A stretch of 64,000 bases of DNA from Pseudovirgaria hyperparasitica (GCA_010093815.1 ML996573.1), one strand, 5' to 3'. Shown: positions 26,431 to 40,215, counted from the first letter of the stretch. Translations and numbers: made by a program. Notes: a model not told the origin generated them from the sequence alone.

Positions 26431-28818
26431 TGAGTCATCTACGCATGGACAGAAATGCAGCCAGCCTCCCCATTAACATTGATGACCTCACATGTTGTCG
26501 CAATCTCATGTCGCACAGTTTCAGTGAAGAACCATCCGCTAAGCCAATCTGGGTAAGCGAGGGGAGAAGTGGGGCCCAAGGGTTCTTTCTATTCAGGGCA
26601 GCAATTGAGAAACGATGGGGGTCAAGGCGTCACGGCGGCAAGTGGGGGTCAACTTGTCAACTTTCAAGGGACTGTCCGACCAATCATAACACCGGATCAC
26701 GAGTTGCGTCATCGTAACGTGATGCTGCAGTGGGTGAAATATGAGAATGAAAATGAAAATGGAAGTTACGACGATGCAAGTGCCAGGTGCAGAAGTGGCG
26801 AAATACCCCGTGGGCAGCTCGATGAAACAGCGCTAGGCTGGATGTAGAAGTGTTCATTCGCTGACTCGCTCTGCCTCACAATCCAGATGACAGCGAGGTT
26901 TTGCCGGGCGAGGATTCCATGCAGATCAGCTGCAAACGGCACTTTACCATCTAATTAATAGTGACCGCTGCGAATCACTCTGTCCATCATGACTACTACC
27001 ACCATCCGTGATATCCACACCCAAACCACGAAATACGATGGTGATGCATGGCCTCGGGATATTGTTTGCCTGCTGCACATACACACGGTGCATGCGTTCG
27101 TCGGGGGAATTCCTGCACGCAGATAGTAGGGTCTTGTACCACCTGCGTATCCTTTGTTTGCTTTCCGTCCTGTGCATTTCTTCAAGGGTCTCGCTCGTCA
27201 CTTTGTTTGCCTCATATCATACTCCTCTGCATCGGCTTCTGTATTGGTCTTGGACGATCGAGTCTACATCAGGACCACCTCCACTACTGCCTTGCACTTC
27301 TTGTCTGGACATTTCTTGACTATTACTTCTTGGTCCTCGGTGCTCTTCGCCAGCCGGACAACACTCCGACCAGAGGTAACATATCCAAGCCCATCACATC
27401 CCTCGCTGTGCCACTATGTAAGAACCACATCCCCATAACTGACCATGCTTCGCAGTCAGCAGCCTCGTATTACTGGGAAGCATGCTTCCACGCCTCTACC
27501 AGCTCATACCCAGAGATGAAGGCCGCCACCAGCACGCTCCGAGTCAGCGTGCCTTGTCCGTGCGAACTTCTTGACGCTATGTCTCGCATCCGCTCAGGCG
27601 CCGACGACAATCCCAAGACCATCTCCGCCACGGAAGTACATCGCCATGCCTAGCCTGTCATCTGCTATACTCTTCACCCAAAGACCGGTGTCTCTACCTC
27701 ACTTCCACCAGCCATGACCGATCAATATACCTCAGCCTCTCCCAGATCCCCGCGCACGCAATGCCGAAAGCAACGGCGGACCAACAGTCCCTTCTATCAT
27801 ACTGCATGCCGTGTGACACGAAAAACGTCGATCCCACAGAACAGGGTTGACATGACTAGGAGGTGCACAAACGTCCCCGTCCGTAGAGCTTGGTGTTGGT
27901 TTCCATTGCCTCGCAGGTCCCTTGTCGAAAGGCTAGATGCAGCACCCTCTACGGGCTGTCGACCCGACGGCAGCAATATAACAGGTAGACGGTTCTTCTG
28001 TGCCACTGACACATATTGTTGTGTCTATGGTTGTCGTACGAGAGGCCTTGCCGATTCATATATCCCCGCTCTTGTCACTATGGTCATGTATGGCCGCCTT
28101 ATTCGGATGCATGCAGCTGGGCGCCGAGAGTTTACAGATAGGAATGCTGTTTGATTGTCAAGGGAGCAAATGACAAAGGTATCCTCCATCTGTCAGGCCG
28201 CCTCCCTAACGACAAGCCAAATCCAACCATGCGACGATATTCTGTCCGTCGAGCTGTTCTTGGCCTCGCCAACAGGTTGTATGCCGTGTCAGATCCACAA
28301 CTCCCGTCGACAGCCTTCTTATAAGATAGATGTACTTCACTTGTTCGTAGACAAAACACTTTGACTGTGCGTCTTGCTCAACTGTTGCTCGATTCGTCCA
28401 AAGTCATGAACAGACACAATGAACAAGCAGAGAACCAAGCCGAAACTGGCCCTTGACTTATGAATACGTACCTCAGATGACAGGACATCATCGTGCTACG
28501 CGACAGTACTTACGTGTATCGTGTCCAGGGGATGTTGATGAAGACGACGCAGAACAAAACTACATGATTGAAGCAGCGCAATGAATTCATCATTGTCTTA
28601 GCGGGGAAGGTGCGGACCCGCTAGCGCGTCGGTCCCCAGCGTCATTCCGGTTGTAACTGACAACCCAGCACAAGTCGACATCTCGACCTTTGACCGCAGT
28701 CGGGAAGCAGTATCACCTCTTGTGACCACGTCGTCCTCTCTCCACGGTACAGTACCGCCCAAACTCTCGTTCAGCAGATGGCTACGATCCACATGCCACG
28801 TACCTGTCAACCACCGTC

Positions 28819-31800
28819 ATGGTGAGCCTCTCCGGCTTTCTGTTCATCTACGTCCTGGGCGGAATCACCTTCATTCCACTCGTTCTCGTCGTCGTTCTAC
28901 TACACGCTCGTTACCTTCTCCCAGTCCGCGACGCGACTTCGGATACATCCCACACTACTACAGACAGACCGGGAGAGAACAGCAAGTCTTCGAAAGACGA
29001 CGATAAGAGCTGGGAAATTGACTCCGGCAAGCTTCCGGCCGAGCTCAAAAAGCGTACACATGAGCCAGACGTCGCGGCCGGTTACTTTGCAGTATGTCGA
29101 GAATATGTGCCTGGAGGTGTCAATGGCAAGCCGCCAGAGCGAACGACACCGGCGGGCGAGGTAGTAGCCACGGAGAGTCCGAGCGTGTACCAGAGCATGT
29201 ACCGCAGTATATTTGACCGGAACAAGAGTCAGATCCCTACATTGGACAGCGGTAAGACAGGAAGCAAGCCTCTGAAGAAGGCGCGGAACGTGTTCTTTGT
29301 GGTCCTGAGGTAGTTTTCCTGCTTTGAACTCAAATGGAATGTAAGGCTGAAAATTGACGCAGACATGGGCACTTGATGCTATATGACGACGCCGAACAGC
29401 TCGAAGTACGCCATGTTATATCGCTAGCCTACTACGACGTCGATGTATACGCTGGAGGCGAGACCATACCGGAAGGAGAGCTTTTCATCAAGCGAAATTG
29501 TGTACGGCTGGTCCGACGTCGAGCCCTTGGGACTCTTGACACCGACGCGAAACCATTCTATCTGTTTTGTGATAACTGCTCCCTGAAGGAAGACTTCTAC
29601 CACGCAATGCTGGCGAATCAAGAGAAACGACCCGACGCTTCTGACAGCCCTCCGAGCCCTCTGCAATTCGACACGCAAGACATCGTCAAGCTGGTGCAAA
29701 CACTTCATGCCTCTGAAGAGACTTTGCAAACCAGATGGTTCAATGCATTGTTGGGGCGCGTCTTTCTAGGCATATATCAGACGCCAGACATCCTGGATCA
29801 TGTGAAAGCAAAGATCACCAAAAAGATTGCGCGAGTGCCCAAGCCTGCGTTCATCACCAGTATCACTGTGCAGAAAATTGATATGGGAGATGCCGCTCCA
29901 ACGATTACGCACCCTAAGTTGCGAGACTTGTCGGTAGATGGACAGTTGACATGCGAAGCGGACGTGCAATACAAAGGGAACTTCTCCATTGAGATTCTAG
30001 CCGTTGCGCGCATAGACCTTGGAAAGAGATTTCAGGCTCGTGAGGTCCATCTCACTCTTGCGGGAGTCCTCAAGAAACTCGAAGGGCATCTGTTGATCCG
30101 GATCAAGCCACCACCGAGCAACCGAATATGGATATCCTTCGAAACAGCGCCCCAGGTTGAAATGTCCATTGAGCCCATCGTTAGCCAACGCCAAATCACG
30201 TACGGCGTCATTCTCCGCGCCATCGAAAGCCGAATCAGGGAGGTCATCGGGGAGACTCTCGTCTATCCCAATTGGGACGATGTACCGTTCCACGAAACAC
30301 TTCTCCAGAGATTCAGAGGAGGCATCTGGCGAGATGATCACAAGCTGAGGCCACTACCAGACCAGCAAACCGATGCTGCCGAGCATGGTCTCGTGGACAA
30401 GGTGGACAAGTTGGACAAGGGATCGGATTCTGATGAGTCAGATCTGCCAGCACCGTCACAAAGCCTTCGCGAGAAGACAATGAGCATGCCCTCTCTAGTC
30501 GACACCGCCCCGAGGATCACGCATCGTAAATCGATGTCCTCCAAATCGGCCATGTCGCTAGACGGTACTCACACTGAGCAAGGAACTTTGACCAGTTCTG
30601 AGTCCAGGTCGAGCCCAAAGCCAAGAGCTATGCGATCGACATCCTTCGCCAGCGCTGCCACCCCTGTCGTCAACCTTGACCCTGCGACTGTGGAAGCCTT
30701 GAAACGTCCTGGCAAACAGAGTGTGGCCCAAAGCGCCATCAAAGACATCTCAATGCGATCGCCCCCAACTTCTCCTCCCGAGTCCCCATATGGATCACCA
30801 CCTCAACCGTCTCTAGTTGAGCATGTCGTCAAGAAAGACAGCGTGTCTTCTCAGGAGTCTCAGAACGAGGATGCATTGGAGCCCGACTCTGTCATATCAT
30901 CTTCCCCAAAGCGCTCAATGACGCAAGCAAGTATCTCTACCACCGATAGCTCCTCTTCACACGACTCAGGCAAGTCGAAATATGCCACAATCAACGCAGT
31001 CTCGCGAGCAGGCCTGAACCAAGCAACCATTGCGGCCAAGAAGTGGTTCGCAAATCGCCAGCAGACACACAACCAACCCAATGTACCCACATTCACGGCA
31101 AAAGACGCCGCCGCTATTCTACGCGGCGACAAGGAACTCGAAGCATCACACGCTGCGCCTGCACCAGGAACTCCCTCGAATCCCATAGGCCGCGGCCAAC
31201 CACTACCTCCACCCGGCCAACCTCTTCCTCATCCTCCGAAACAGCACCAGACTGCCGGCGGCTGGTATCTCACCAAACGCAAACCCGCACCACAGTCTTC
31301 CGGCATGGTATCACATAGTCCTTTGATGCCTGCAACACCCACTCGTCGCACATCAAGTTCGGCATCCTCGACCATAGCAGACGCCACTAGCCTCGCCGAT
31401 CCTGGGCGGGAAAAGCAACGTGATAGCGCGCCTGACACTCCCGATCTGGTTCCCACCGCGCCCGATCTGCCTCCGCGCCCCGGCTCGGCCCTTGATCCCG
31501 GACTTTCATCCGCTGATCAAACCCACGACATGTTCTCCATAAATACAGCTCCACTGAATGACAAAAGCATGAGCAGTTCCAAGTCCATAGCCGCGAACGA
31601 GCGTCGCAAATCTAGCACAGCCAGTCTTGCTGGCACAAGCACCCATGCTGCCCCTCCATCCTCGCCCCGCGCGCCCCCGCGCCGGAAGCGTCTGAGTGTT
31701 GCGCACGCTCGTGATGTAGATACCGGGCCTGATAATGGGCTGCTCGTTGTCAAGGCTCCTGTCGCGGACGACGTGAGTCCGCTGGCAAGTCCGGAGAAAG

Positions 31801-31991
31801 GCGTGATGGGTGTTATTGATGATCCATTGGATGTGGAAGCAGACAGAGTTGTGCGCAAAGAGGTTGAGAGTGCCAGTGGTGGGAGTGTCGATGAGAGCAG
31901 GACGGAGAGGATGGGACGCCACAGACACGAGAGGAGCGAGAGTAAAGACGACGATGCAGATGCGGTATTTTTGAGTGCAATGGACATGTAG
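28819..31991 (+). CDS. Nvj2-like membrane-anchored PH + SMP (DUF2404/MMM1-type) lipid-transfer protein, ~1039 aa
   Basis: N-terminal TM (IYVLGGITFIPL), AAGYFAVCREYVPGGVNGKPP, PH segment FFVVLR|HGHLMLYDD...KEDFY, SMP segment RWFNALLGRVFL...IKPPPSNRIWISF, Ser/Pro-rich tail. Intron 29310..29362. Confidence 0.88.
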
Positions 31992-32009
31992 GCGCCGCTT
32001 ATGCATTGC

Positions 32010-33140
32010 GTACATGTACATACATATGCACGCACACAGCTTCTCCGTAAGTGTCTTTCAGTGTGTGTGTGTGTGTCTGGGGAGTGCAGCGACTCTCCTC
32101 GTTGTAATCCGAGTATACGACACCTGCGACGTGTTCTTGCTTGACGTGTTTGATCTCCACACCCATACCTACACCTATACCCACGCCCACGTCCACGTCC
32201 ACACCTACACCCACAACCACATACATACCCACGCCCAACACCTACTCCCATGCTCGCAGCGTTCCATCCTCCTGATCGTCACCATTAATGTTCCCGATAT
32301 TCACCCACACGCACACATACACATACCCAAACAACATCCATCCACATACCCACCCACACCCACGACATATCAAACTCACCCCCCCATTCCTTCCTCCCAC
32401 GCCCCAAAAACACCAACACCAACACCAACAAACCCCTTGTCCCCTGGCTGACCCCTCGCCAAGTGGCATATTACCTATATCCATCCATCTACCAGTTCCA
32501 AACCCTGTCTCTATCTCTGTCCTGGTTCCTGTGTCTCCGTTGATCTGTCCCTTTTTTCGGTGACTCGTTATGTGTTACGTTCTGTGCTTTCGTGCTACGT
32601 TCTACCGGAAACCTCGAACCATCGAACCATTGAACCGCCCAGTCAAAACCCAACTAGCTGTTCTGAATGCTGCTAGAGTGGCAAATTACTGTCATGACCA
32701 TCTTCGTCTCAACTTCTGCTCTGCTCTGCTCTGCTCTGCTCTGTTGTGCTTGACTCCATTCCAATCTGTTCCACCTCTAAGCTTTCCTCCTTCTCCACAC
32801 ACGCTTCAGACTACCACTCTACGCCTTCATCCCCATTCTCATCTTCATCTTCATCTTCATTCTCAACTCATGCCCTCCGTCAACGTTCCTCATGTCAGGT
32901 GTCAGGTGTCAGGTGTTAGGTGCCATGTCATGTGCGATGTGTCAAAGTGGCAAGCTTAAGTAGCCATCTGGCTGGCTTGGGTTTAGTCTGGATGCAAAGA
33001 CGCAAGTCGCAAGATGCACGATGCACGATGGATGCAGATATTACTGCACATCATCTGCTAGGGGCCCTGAGCCGGCCGAGAGCAAGTGGTACGCGGCGAT
33101 CTGTGAGTGTGAGTGGGAGAGGGAGAGAGTGTGTGTAAGA
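32010..33140. repeat. Microsatellite / low-complexity cluster: (TG)n, CAC/CAT-rich hexamers, (CTGCT)5, (TGTCAGG)3, (CATCTT)n
   Basis: Visible at 32061-32076, 32157-32430, 32716-32743, 32840-32860 and 32893-32920. Confidence 0.8.
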
Positions 33141-33856
33141 CTGTGCGCGCTGTTATGGTGTGATGCGGGTAGATGCGGGCTGTGCCGTTTAAGTTGCCGT
33201 AATGTGGGAATGTGGAGACTGATCTGCAGTGGCTGTGATTGAGCCTTGAGCGAGAACTTGTTGTACGACTGCTGTAGTGAGTCCTGCAGGACCGTCATGC
33301 TAATCTCGGCATGTCAGAAAAAGCAGCCACAGTGTCCCCCCGCGTTCTCTTCAGAATCGTTGCAGACGCTGTATGTCAACCATGGCAAATCCAGGATTTC
33401 GGGAAAAAGTATCCACCATCCTCCTTCCCGCTTCCAAGGTTCTTTCGTGACGATTCGCGGGGTCTATGTCATGCAGCACAGGGGACGGGCGGCTTGAACA
33501 TGGTCCGATTCTCTCTTACATGAAACATGATATTGACTTGACGACACAAAAGTAGAACAATACTTTGATATTTCTTGTCTGCGTACTAGGGAATGACTGC
33601 CTGCTCCTACATGAGATCCACTCGTACAATGGCTGACTGGTCAACAATCGCCACTAAGGGAAACCATCCCACGCGCACTCTGATAAAAGGAATTTGCGGC
33701 TACATGAAAGAAAACACATCATGGACGCCATCGTTGCTGATTGCTGTGTGCATCCTCGGGCTCATCTCCCCATTGGTGTTGAGGCTAGACTTGTCTGACG
33801 ACCAAGCTCGGGGCTGATATGATGGCACCCCATCTAGACTTAGTAGAGGTGCTGTG

Positions 33857-35052
33857 TCAAAAGTTGTGATCACGACCATCGATAGTGTCATGCGTAGGCT
33901 GGAGCCGCGACGTCGAGGTTGGCGAACTTTCAGGCTCGTAGAGAGCGTTGGTTACGCTACTTATGATTTTGCTTGGGGAGGCAGTGGGCGTTCCAGGTTT
34001 TCCTGTGGAGACTCTTGGACGGCGTGCATGTTCGTGTTTACCCATACCTCCAAGTCCTGACTCAAGGTCCATGGTTCCATCATGTCCTACGCTAGATTGT
34101 CGCTCAGAGGCTACTTCAGCATCCTTGTCGTTAAAGTCTTGACCAGGGTTGGCAGTCTCGTACTCAAGAAACTTCACAATCTTATACAGGATGACCGCGA
34201 AGACAGCCCCGAGACCTGGACCAAGCCAGTAAACCCAGTGGTAGCTGGCAAAGTCACGTAAAACGACATTTGGCCCGAAGGATCGAGCAGGATTCAATGA
34301 GCCTCCGGTAAAAGGTACAGCTACAACAGCTTGTCAGTGAATTGCGTAGATCGATGGGGGAATTAAACATACCTGCGAGCTCCGCAATGAACAGAGCCAA
34401 GCCAATACCGAGAGGTGCCAGATACGTAGCTTTGTGCTTCTCAGCTGCTAACATGAAGATTGTGAATATAAGCTGGAATGTCGCAAAGACTTCGATGAAG
34501 AAGCCTTGGGTGACAGAAGTTCCAGGACTCAGTGTTGTCTGCACGGGCAACGGACCAGTGAGCACTACCGATACGATGCCTGCTGCTGCGATGGCGCCAA
34601 CTATCTGAGCGGTGATAACGATGCAGCCACGGACGAAGTCAACCGCCCCGATGAGTACCAGCCCAAACGTGACCTAAAAGGCGATCAGTGCCTGGTCTGG
34701 CGCGTCAAAAAGGTGGACTCACAGCAGGGTTGAACATCCCACCACTGACACGAAAGAAGACCCAGACATTGACAGCGAGAGAGCAGCCAAAGGCTGCAGC
34801 AATGTAGAATGTGTAAGCTGGCACTGCGAAGCTGGCTGGCTCAGGACCCTCATCCTTGAGAGCAGCAGCAGCAACGTTGGCAACCTGGGTGGCAGAGAAG
34901 GCGAAGAACAGGAACAGGAACGTGCCAATGAACTCAGCAATCCAGGCTACGACATGGTTGCGGGCTGTATTGGGAAGCCAGCCAAGGCCCTTTGGGTGAC
35001 GCTGGACATTCCCTTCACGAGTAGATGAACCGTGGTCCATGTTGCTGCTCAT
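33857..35052 (-). CDS. Aquaporin (MIP family, orthodox water-channel type), 3 exons
   Basis: AEFIGTFLFLFFAF, RVSGGMFNPAV, MLAAEKHKATYLAPLGIGLALF, TGGSLNPARSFGP, HWVYWLGP. Both NPA motifs present. Confidence 0.93.
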
Positions 35053-37159
35053 AGAGACTGGCGTGAGATGATTTGAGATTGCTTAGGAATTGAAGAGTGT
35101 GTACTTGACTGGCCGAGAAACAGGCAATCGACAAGGTGAAGGTGTTATGAGACAAGAAATGTAGGGGCTGCTTAGGAAGGCGGGAGATAGATGGTTCAGA
35201 TGAAAGGATGGAGGAGTGTTGTCGGCGTCTTGCAAGACTGTGAGGAGAAAAGGAAGATGGAGCAGACGGAGGGGGAAAGGCTTCCTTTAAATGATTCCAG
35301 AGAAGAACGTATGAGGCAGGAACATAGCACTGCTACTGCCATCTTTACGCTTACCACAATTCCCACATGTATCACATCTACCACGCATCCATCACGCATC
35401 TCTCTCACACTGGTCATCATACATCCACTTGCGCCCAATGCAATGCACCAACCTTCCTACCGCGACTGTAGACAATTGACGCCCGATGACTTGTTGGAGA
35501 AGCTGCAGATAGAGTATCCACCGACCTAGGTAGCAATTCCTGTGCGCCTCTCTAGAACAGGCTATTATAACGCCAACTCTGTCCTACTCAGCCAGGTTGC
35601 TAGCGCTCATCCCAATCAACCATGGCGGTAGAGGTCAATCACAAGGCTTTTAGCATGGTTGAGACTTAGGGATGGTGCTTGTACATAGCCAGTTGATCGT
35701 GCTAGGGATGATATAAGGAGCGGATTGTGATTTGATCTTTGACATGCAAGCTGGCATGATGCGCTGTGCGATCAGCAATGACCTGGCAATGGTGGGCTTT
35801 AGGCGAGGAGAATGTAGGAATGAATAGACAAGGTAAAGATAGACAAGGACAAGACAGACGAATGGTCACAGCTCTTTCACGATCCACCTGCAGGGCTCAT
35901 ATCTTGGATACATGGCAGTGAAAAGTGCATACCGTTGTCAATCTCGAGGCATCCTCTCGGCGCTGTCTGTGCCGATGCAAGCGTTCAGGTGCAGGTACAT
36001 AAAGCCTGAGATAGATATAAAGAGTGGGCCAGAGTAGGTAGTGGAGCCAGAAATTGCCTATTTGAGGTAGAATACACAGTACTCAATCCTTGATACTCAG
36101 GTAGCTGGCTGAAAAGAGGGTGACCAAGATGTCATTGCTAGTATAACTTATGTCAACGCCGGTGATATCAACATACTCGAGACGAGAGCAAAGCAAGAGT
36201 TGGAAAGGAAAGAAAAAGTAAAGCAAAAGCATAGGATCGCCGGGACTACTCACGTGCTGCTTCACACAGGCGCCATCATGCAGGCGCATGCTGCGATTCG
36301 AGTTGGCGGTCTATCGCTGATGATGAATACATTATCACAGACTTGAATCTCTAGTTTGTTGTCGATTGTCGCATTTGTAGTTATTTATAACTATCTATAG
36401 TGGTGGAGAACTGTGTTGTTTGTGGTATAGTTTTTGTTGTTGTTGTTGTCGTTCTTATTGTTGAGCAGTAGAGAGAGTACTCGGGACATGAGTCTACTAG
36501 GAACAACTTTAGCTACTCTTAGACTCATAGAGGATGTTGGTGAAACTAGAACACAGGACGATGTATGTGAGCGAGCGGTCATGCGTATGCGGCCGCGTTG
36601 AACACACTGACGAGTGTTTCAGAAGTGACTTGGACTGATGACCGTGGCCTAACGACTGCTGATGGTTGACTGTGGATGTTGACTGCTGCTTCATTCATTA
36701 TCATCTCGCCTCATGAATAAGCCATACGCTTGACTCGTCGCTTACTCCTATGCATCGTCAAAACAGCATGCTATCATTATTTATATGCTGATGAATGATG
36801 AATGATAATGTAGTTGTACTTCATTTCTAGCCGCTTTGAGCCTATTGATCCTTCTCCGCTGTCGCCAGCCTTGCGATGTCTGATTGGCCACAGTACATAA
36901 AGGCTAAATTAGTGTGGCGGTGTAGCTTCCACCCGACCACTTCACATCAACTCCACTGCTATCCGCCTTCAACTCTTGACTCTTGTGTTCGTCACTCTGT
37001 GTATCCGCCCGCAAACAATCACTAAGGGAAATTCTTCCGTAGCTTTACGTCGTCGCGGCGTCTGAGGACTCGCATTGTCTCCCGAATGTTGACGACTCTA
37101 CAATAACCCACTCAGCCGCCGCCTCTCCTCTGCGCCCCGCCTGGAGCCTTATTCCCATC

Positions 37160-39589
37160 ATGCGACCATTCAGATTCCTCTTTACGCTTCTCTTATGCCT
37201 CCTCCTCCTTACTATCCTACTGTGTATGCGAAGCCCTGCGCCTAGCAACAATGCCAACCTCATCCATTCTTTCCCCAAGACGAAGGGCTCTTCTCAGTCT
37301 GTCTTCTCGTGGTCCACTCCCTCTATCCTCTTCGCTCCGACCGCCAGCATCAGCTTGACCGACGACAACACGACATATTTTCTGGCAAGACCCGCCATGT
37401 TTGGTCCTACACTTCCACCTAAAGGTCTCAGTGGTCCCCTGTGGGCTGGCAGTGGGTTTACCGACGATGCTTTTGCTTTCGGAGGTTTCGTCGGTCGATC
37501 TGAGGGCGAGCTCGGTTGCAGTGACATACCCGACTGGGAAGAAGGCGACGAGCCGTATATGCATGTGGCAGAGTTCGACATGGAGGACTGGCGGAAGAGC
37601 TCAAACAGTAAAGCGACTCCAAATCAACTCAGAAGAAGAACGCCGCGGTCCAGGCATGAAGCTGCTAGGGACGGGCCTTATGCCTCGTTGAAGAACTTCG
37701 ATCCTAGCTTGCATGATTCATCGTCTCAAAGCCCACAACATTCAACACCGCGTCATGTGGAAGAGAAAGAGGCAACTATGACAGCGCATGCAGATATCCA
37801 ATCGCTTCAAGAAGGAGCTGAGATAGCTGGAAAGGTTGTTTTGCTGAGCCGCGGCGGCTGCGGCTTTCTTGACAAGGTTCTATGGGCGCAACGGAGAGGC
37901 GCCACTGCTGTGATCGTTGGCGACAACCACAGCGGTGGAGGACTAATCTCTATGTATGGACGAGGGGACACAACGAATGTATCCATTCCAGCTATTTTCA
38001 CCTCCCATACGACCGCCCATCTGCTTTCATCTCTTATACCATCTGGGGTTGATGGAAAGCGGTCCAGGCCGCAAGCGAGCGGATCGACACACAATGTTCC
38101 TGGATCGTCACGCTCGTCACCTAAAGAGTATTTCAAATCCCGCTTAGAATCAAGAAGCGCTGTCAGCAGAATTCTTGGATCCTTTCAACGCCCCAAACAG
38201 AGCTCACGTGACGCCAGTTCTAAGGAACACGAGTCGGTGAGTTGGGCATCACTCGAGGACATTGCCAAGGAGAAACCATTCCAGCCAAGTACAACACCTG
38301 TTCCATCAAACGATGACAACTTCGTTATAGGCGTCGATGACTGGAGAGATCCCGATATGCTGTCTAAAGAGAGCAGCACCCCGACGGGAACCACCGACCA
38401 CAGTGACCGCACTTCCGACGAGCGCTTCAAAGGAGGAAGCACTGTGCCGGGAAGTGGAGAGTATGCCGGTGCAGATGAAAATGGACACTCAGGCTGGTTT
38501 TCCTCATTCCGTTGGCGTGGCGGAGATGATAACGACCATACCTCAGACGACAATCTCCACCACTCCTCGAGCACGCCTCTCGTCCCTGACGAGCCTGAAA
38601 ATCTACACCACGACGCGCTCTGGGTAACCCTGAGCCCCAACAGCATGTCCACAAATCCGTTCTTCGATACCCTTCTGGTACTCGTCGTCTCACCTCTCGT
38701 CACATTGACCGTCGTATACGCGCTTCTTCTCTTGCGCTCTCGCATTCGCCGCCGTCGCTGGAGAGCACCAAAGTCCGTCGTCGAGCGTCTCCCTGTACGC
38801 ACATACCATACGCTCTCTTCATCCATAGGCATTCTTACGCCATCCCCGTCTGGAAGCCCACTTTCCTCCCCAATCGCCACCTCTCCAACGACTCCGCTAC
38901 TCACCAGTACTCCTCGCCCGGTACTCACCACGCGCCGCTCTCGCCCGCGCGCACGCACTACTCCAGAAACACACGCATCTTCTTCCTATGACACAACACG
39001 CCATCGCAGCCGCTCTCCCGACAGTGAGAAGCGAGAAGCGGGATTGGCCGAATGGCGACGTCGCTATGGCGGCCGCCAGAAGGAGTGTGTCGTATGCCTC
39101 GAGGAATATGAGGATGGAATCAGCAGAGTCATGAGTCTGCCATGTGGCCACGAATTCCATGCAGAGTGTATAACGCCATGGCTGACGACGCGCCGGCGCA
39201 CGTGTCCGATCTGCAAAGGGGATGTGGTGCGAAGCTTGCGTCGGAGAGATAGGAATTCTCCCGATCCTGACGGTGGCTCTGATAATTATTCCGATGCCGA
39301 TAGTGACGATGCCCGAGACACACGAAGATTCAATATGGAAGGTGAGCTCGTCGAGCAAGATGAACAAGACAGCGTTGCCATCAGAAGAAATGACGAACCG
39401 GCCGCGCAGCTACCGATGCGTGCCGAGGATCTGTATGCCGCAGATCTGGAGCAGGGTGCGGGCGAGCTCAGACGTGATGCCGGGGAGGGGGTGGTAGAAC
39501 GGGTCTGGCGTGCCGTGGAGGTATTGAGTGGGAGTGTGAGAGAAAGAGGATGGTGGGGGAGGAGAGAGGAGGCTGACCGCGATCGGTAG
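37160..39589 (+). CDS. PA-domain / transmembrane / RING-H2 E3 ubiquitin ligase, 809 aa
   Basis: N-terminal hydrophobic segment; PA motif LLSRGGCGFLDKVLWAQRRGATAVIVGDN; TM followed by RRRRWRAP; RING-H2 CVVCLEEY...LPCGHEFHAECITPWL...TCPIC. Confidence 0.93.
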   Translation: MRPFRFLFTLLLCLLLLTILLCMRSPAPSNNANLIHSFPKTKGSSQSVFSWSTPSILFAPTASISLTDDNTTYFLARPAMFGPTLPPKGLSGPLWAGSGFTDDAFAFGGFVGRSEGELGCSDIPDWEEGDEPYMHVAEFDMEDWRKSSNSKATPNQLRRRTPRSRHEAARDGPYASLKNFDPSLHDSSSQSPQHSTPRHVEEKEATMTAHADIQSLQEGAEIAGKVVLLSRGGCGFLDKVLWAQRRGATAVIVGDNHSGGGLISMYGRGDTTNVSIPAIFTSHTTAHLLSSLIPSGVDGKRSRPQASGSTHNVPGSSRSSPKEYFKSRLESRSAVSRILGSFQRPKQSSRDASSKEHESVSWASLEDIAKEKPFQPSTTPVPSNDDNFVIGVDDWRDPDMLSKESSTPTGTTDHSDRTSDERFKGGSTVPGSGEYAGADENGHSGWFSSFRWRGGDDNDHTSDDNLHHSSSTPLVPDEPENLHHDALWVTLSPNSMSTNPFFDTLLVLVVSPLVTLTVVYALLLLRSRIRRRRWRAPKSVVERLPVRTYHTLSSSIGILTPSPSGSPLSSPIATSPTTPLLTSTPRPVLTTRRSRPRARTTPETHASSSYDTTRHRSRSPDSEKREAGLAEWRRRYGGRQKECVVCLEEYEDGISRVMSLPCGHEFHAECITPWLTTRRRTCPICKGDVVRSLRRRDRNSPDPDGGSDNYSDADSDDARDTRRFNMEGELVEQDEQDSVAIRRNDEPAAQLPMRAEDLYAADLEQGAGELRRDAGEGVVERVWRAVEVLSGSVRERGWWGRREEADRDR

Positions 39590-40215
39590 ATGGCTGTTTG
39601 GGCGTCCCCAATAATTGTGATGATTGATGAGTCTGGGTATTTTGAGTTTGCGTTTCTGCATAGCGCCGCATACTGGGTAAATTGGGTGTGGCCTTGGTAT
39701 TGATATTGGATGAAGTGTGTCGATGGACTGTGAAACACACTACGCACCTACGATGCATCTATACATAAGTAGTATATACCCACCTCATTCCTCGTTCCAT
39801 ATTTGGGGGCTGGCGTTGTGGCAAAGACGATAACACTGTCGTATGTATCGTAATCGAGGATGCTTTCATATAAGCATATATAGTTGTGTCATGAGGGAAC
39901 CAATCGCTAAAGCTCATAGAGCAGGGACGCACGTTACGATAACATTGAGGGTTAGGATCTTATACAGGTCAGACTAGAAGTCGATGGACGCGATGAAGGC
40001 GTTGCGTTGTACAGAGAACCATTGATAGACCATATCGATGCTTATATTCGAAGCTACCGAAGCCAACGATACTCCCGAAGGAATGCAGTAGATGCATATA
40101 TCTACTCCATGCTTGCCTGCCTAGCTGCCGAGGGACACGTATGCTGCAGCCGTTTTTGAACACCTTTCCTTTTCCATATTCATGATCTATTCGAGTGCAC
40201 CGTTAGGGTTACCAT

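Noticed and set aside
26944..28360. Overlapping ORFs of 70-200 aa between MAT1-1-1 and the PH/SMP gene
   Set aside because: No recognisable motif, no consistent splice model, and mutually overlapping frames.
19700..28800. MAT1-2-1 remnant or switching-type direct/inverted repeats
   Set aside because: No HMG motif or long duplicated segment was found by eye. Short degenerate fragments cannot be excluded without an alignment.
31506..33300. ORFs rich in GV/HT/CV dipeptides
   Set aside because: Artefacts of microsatellites or antisense shadows of the PH/SMP gene.
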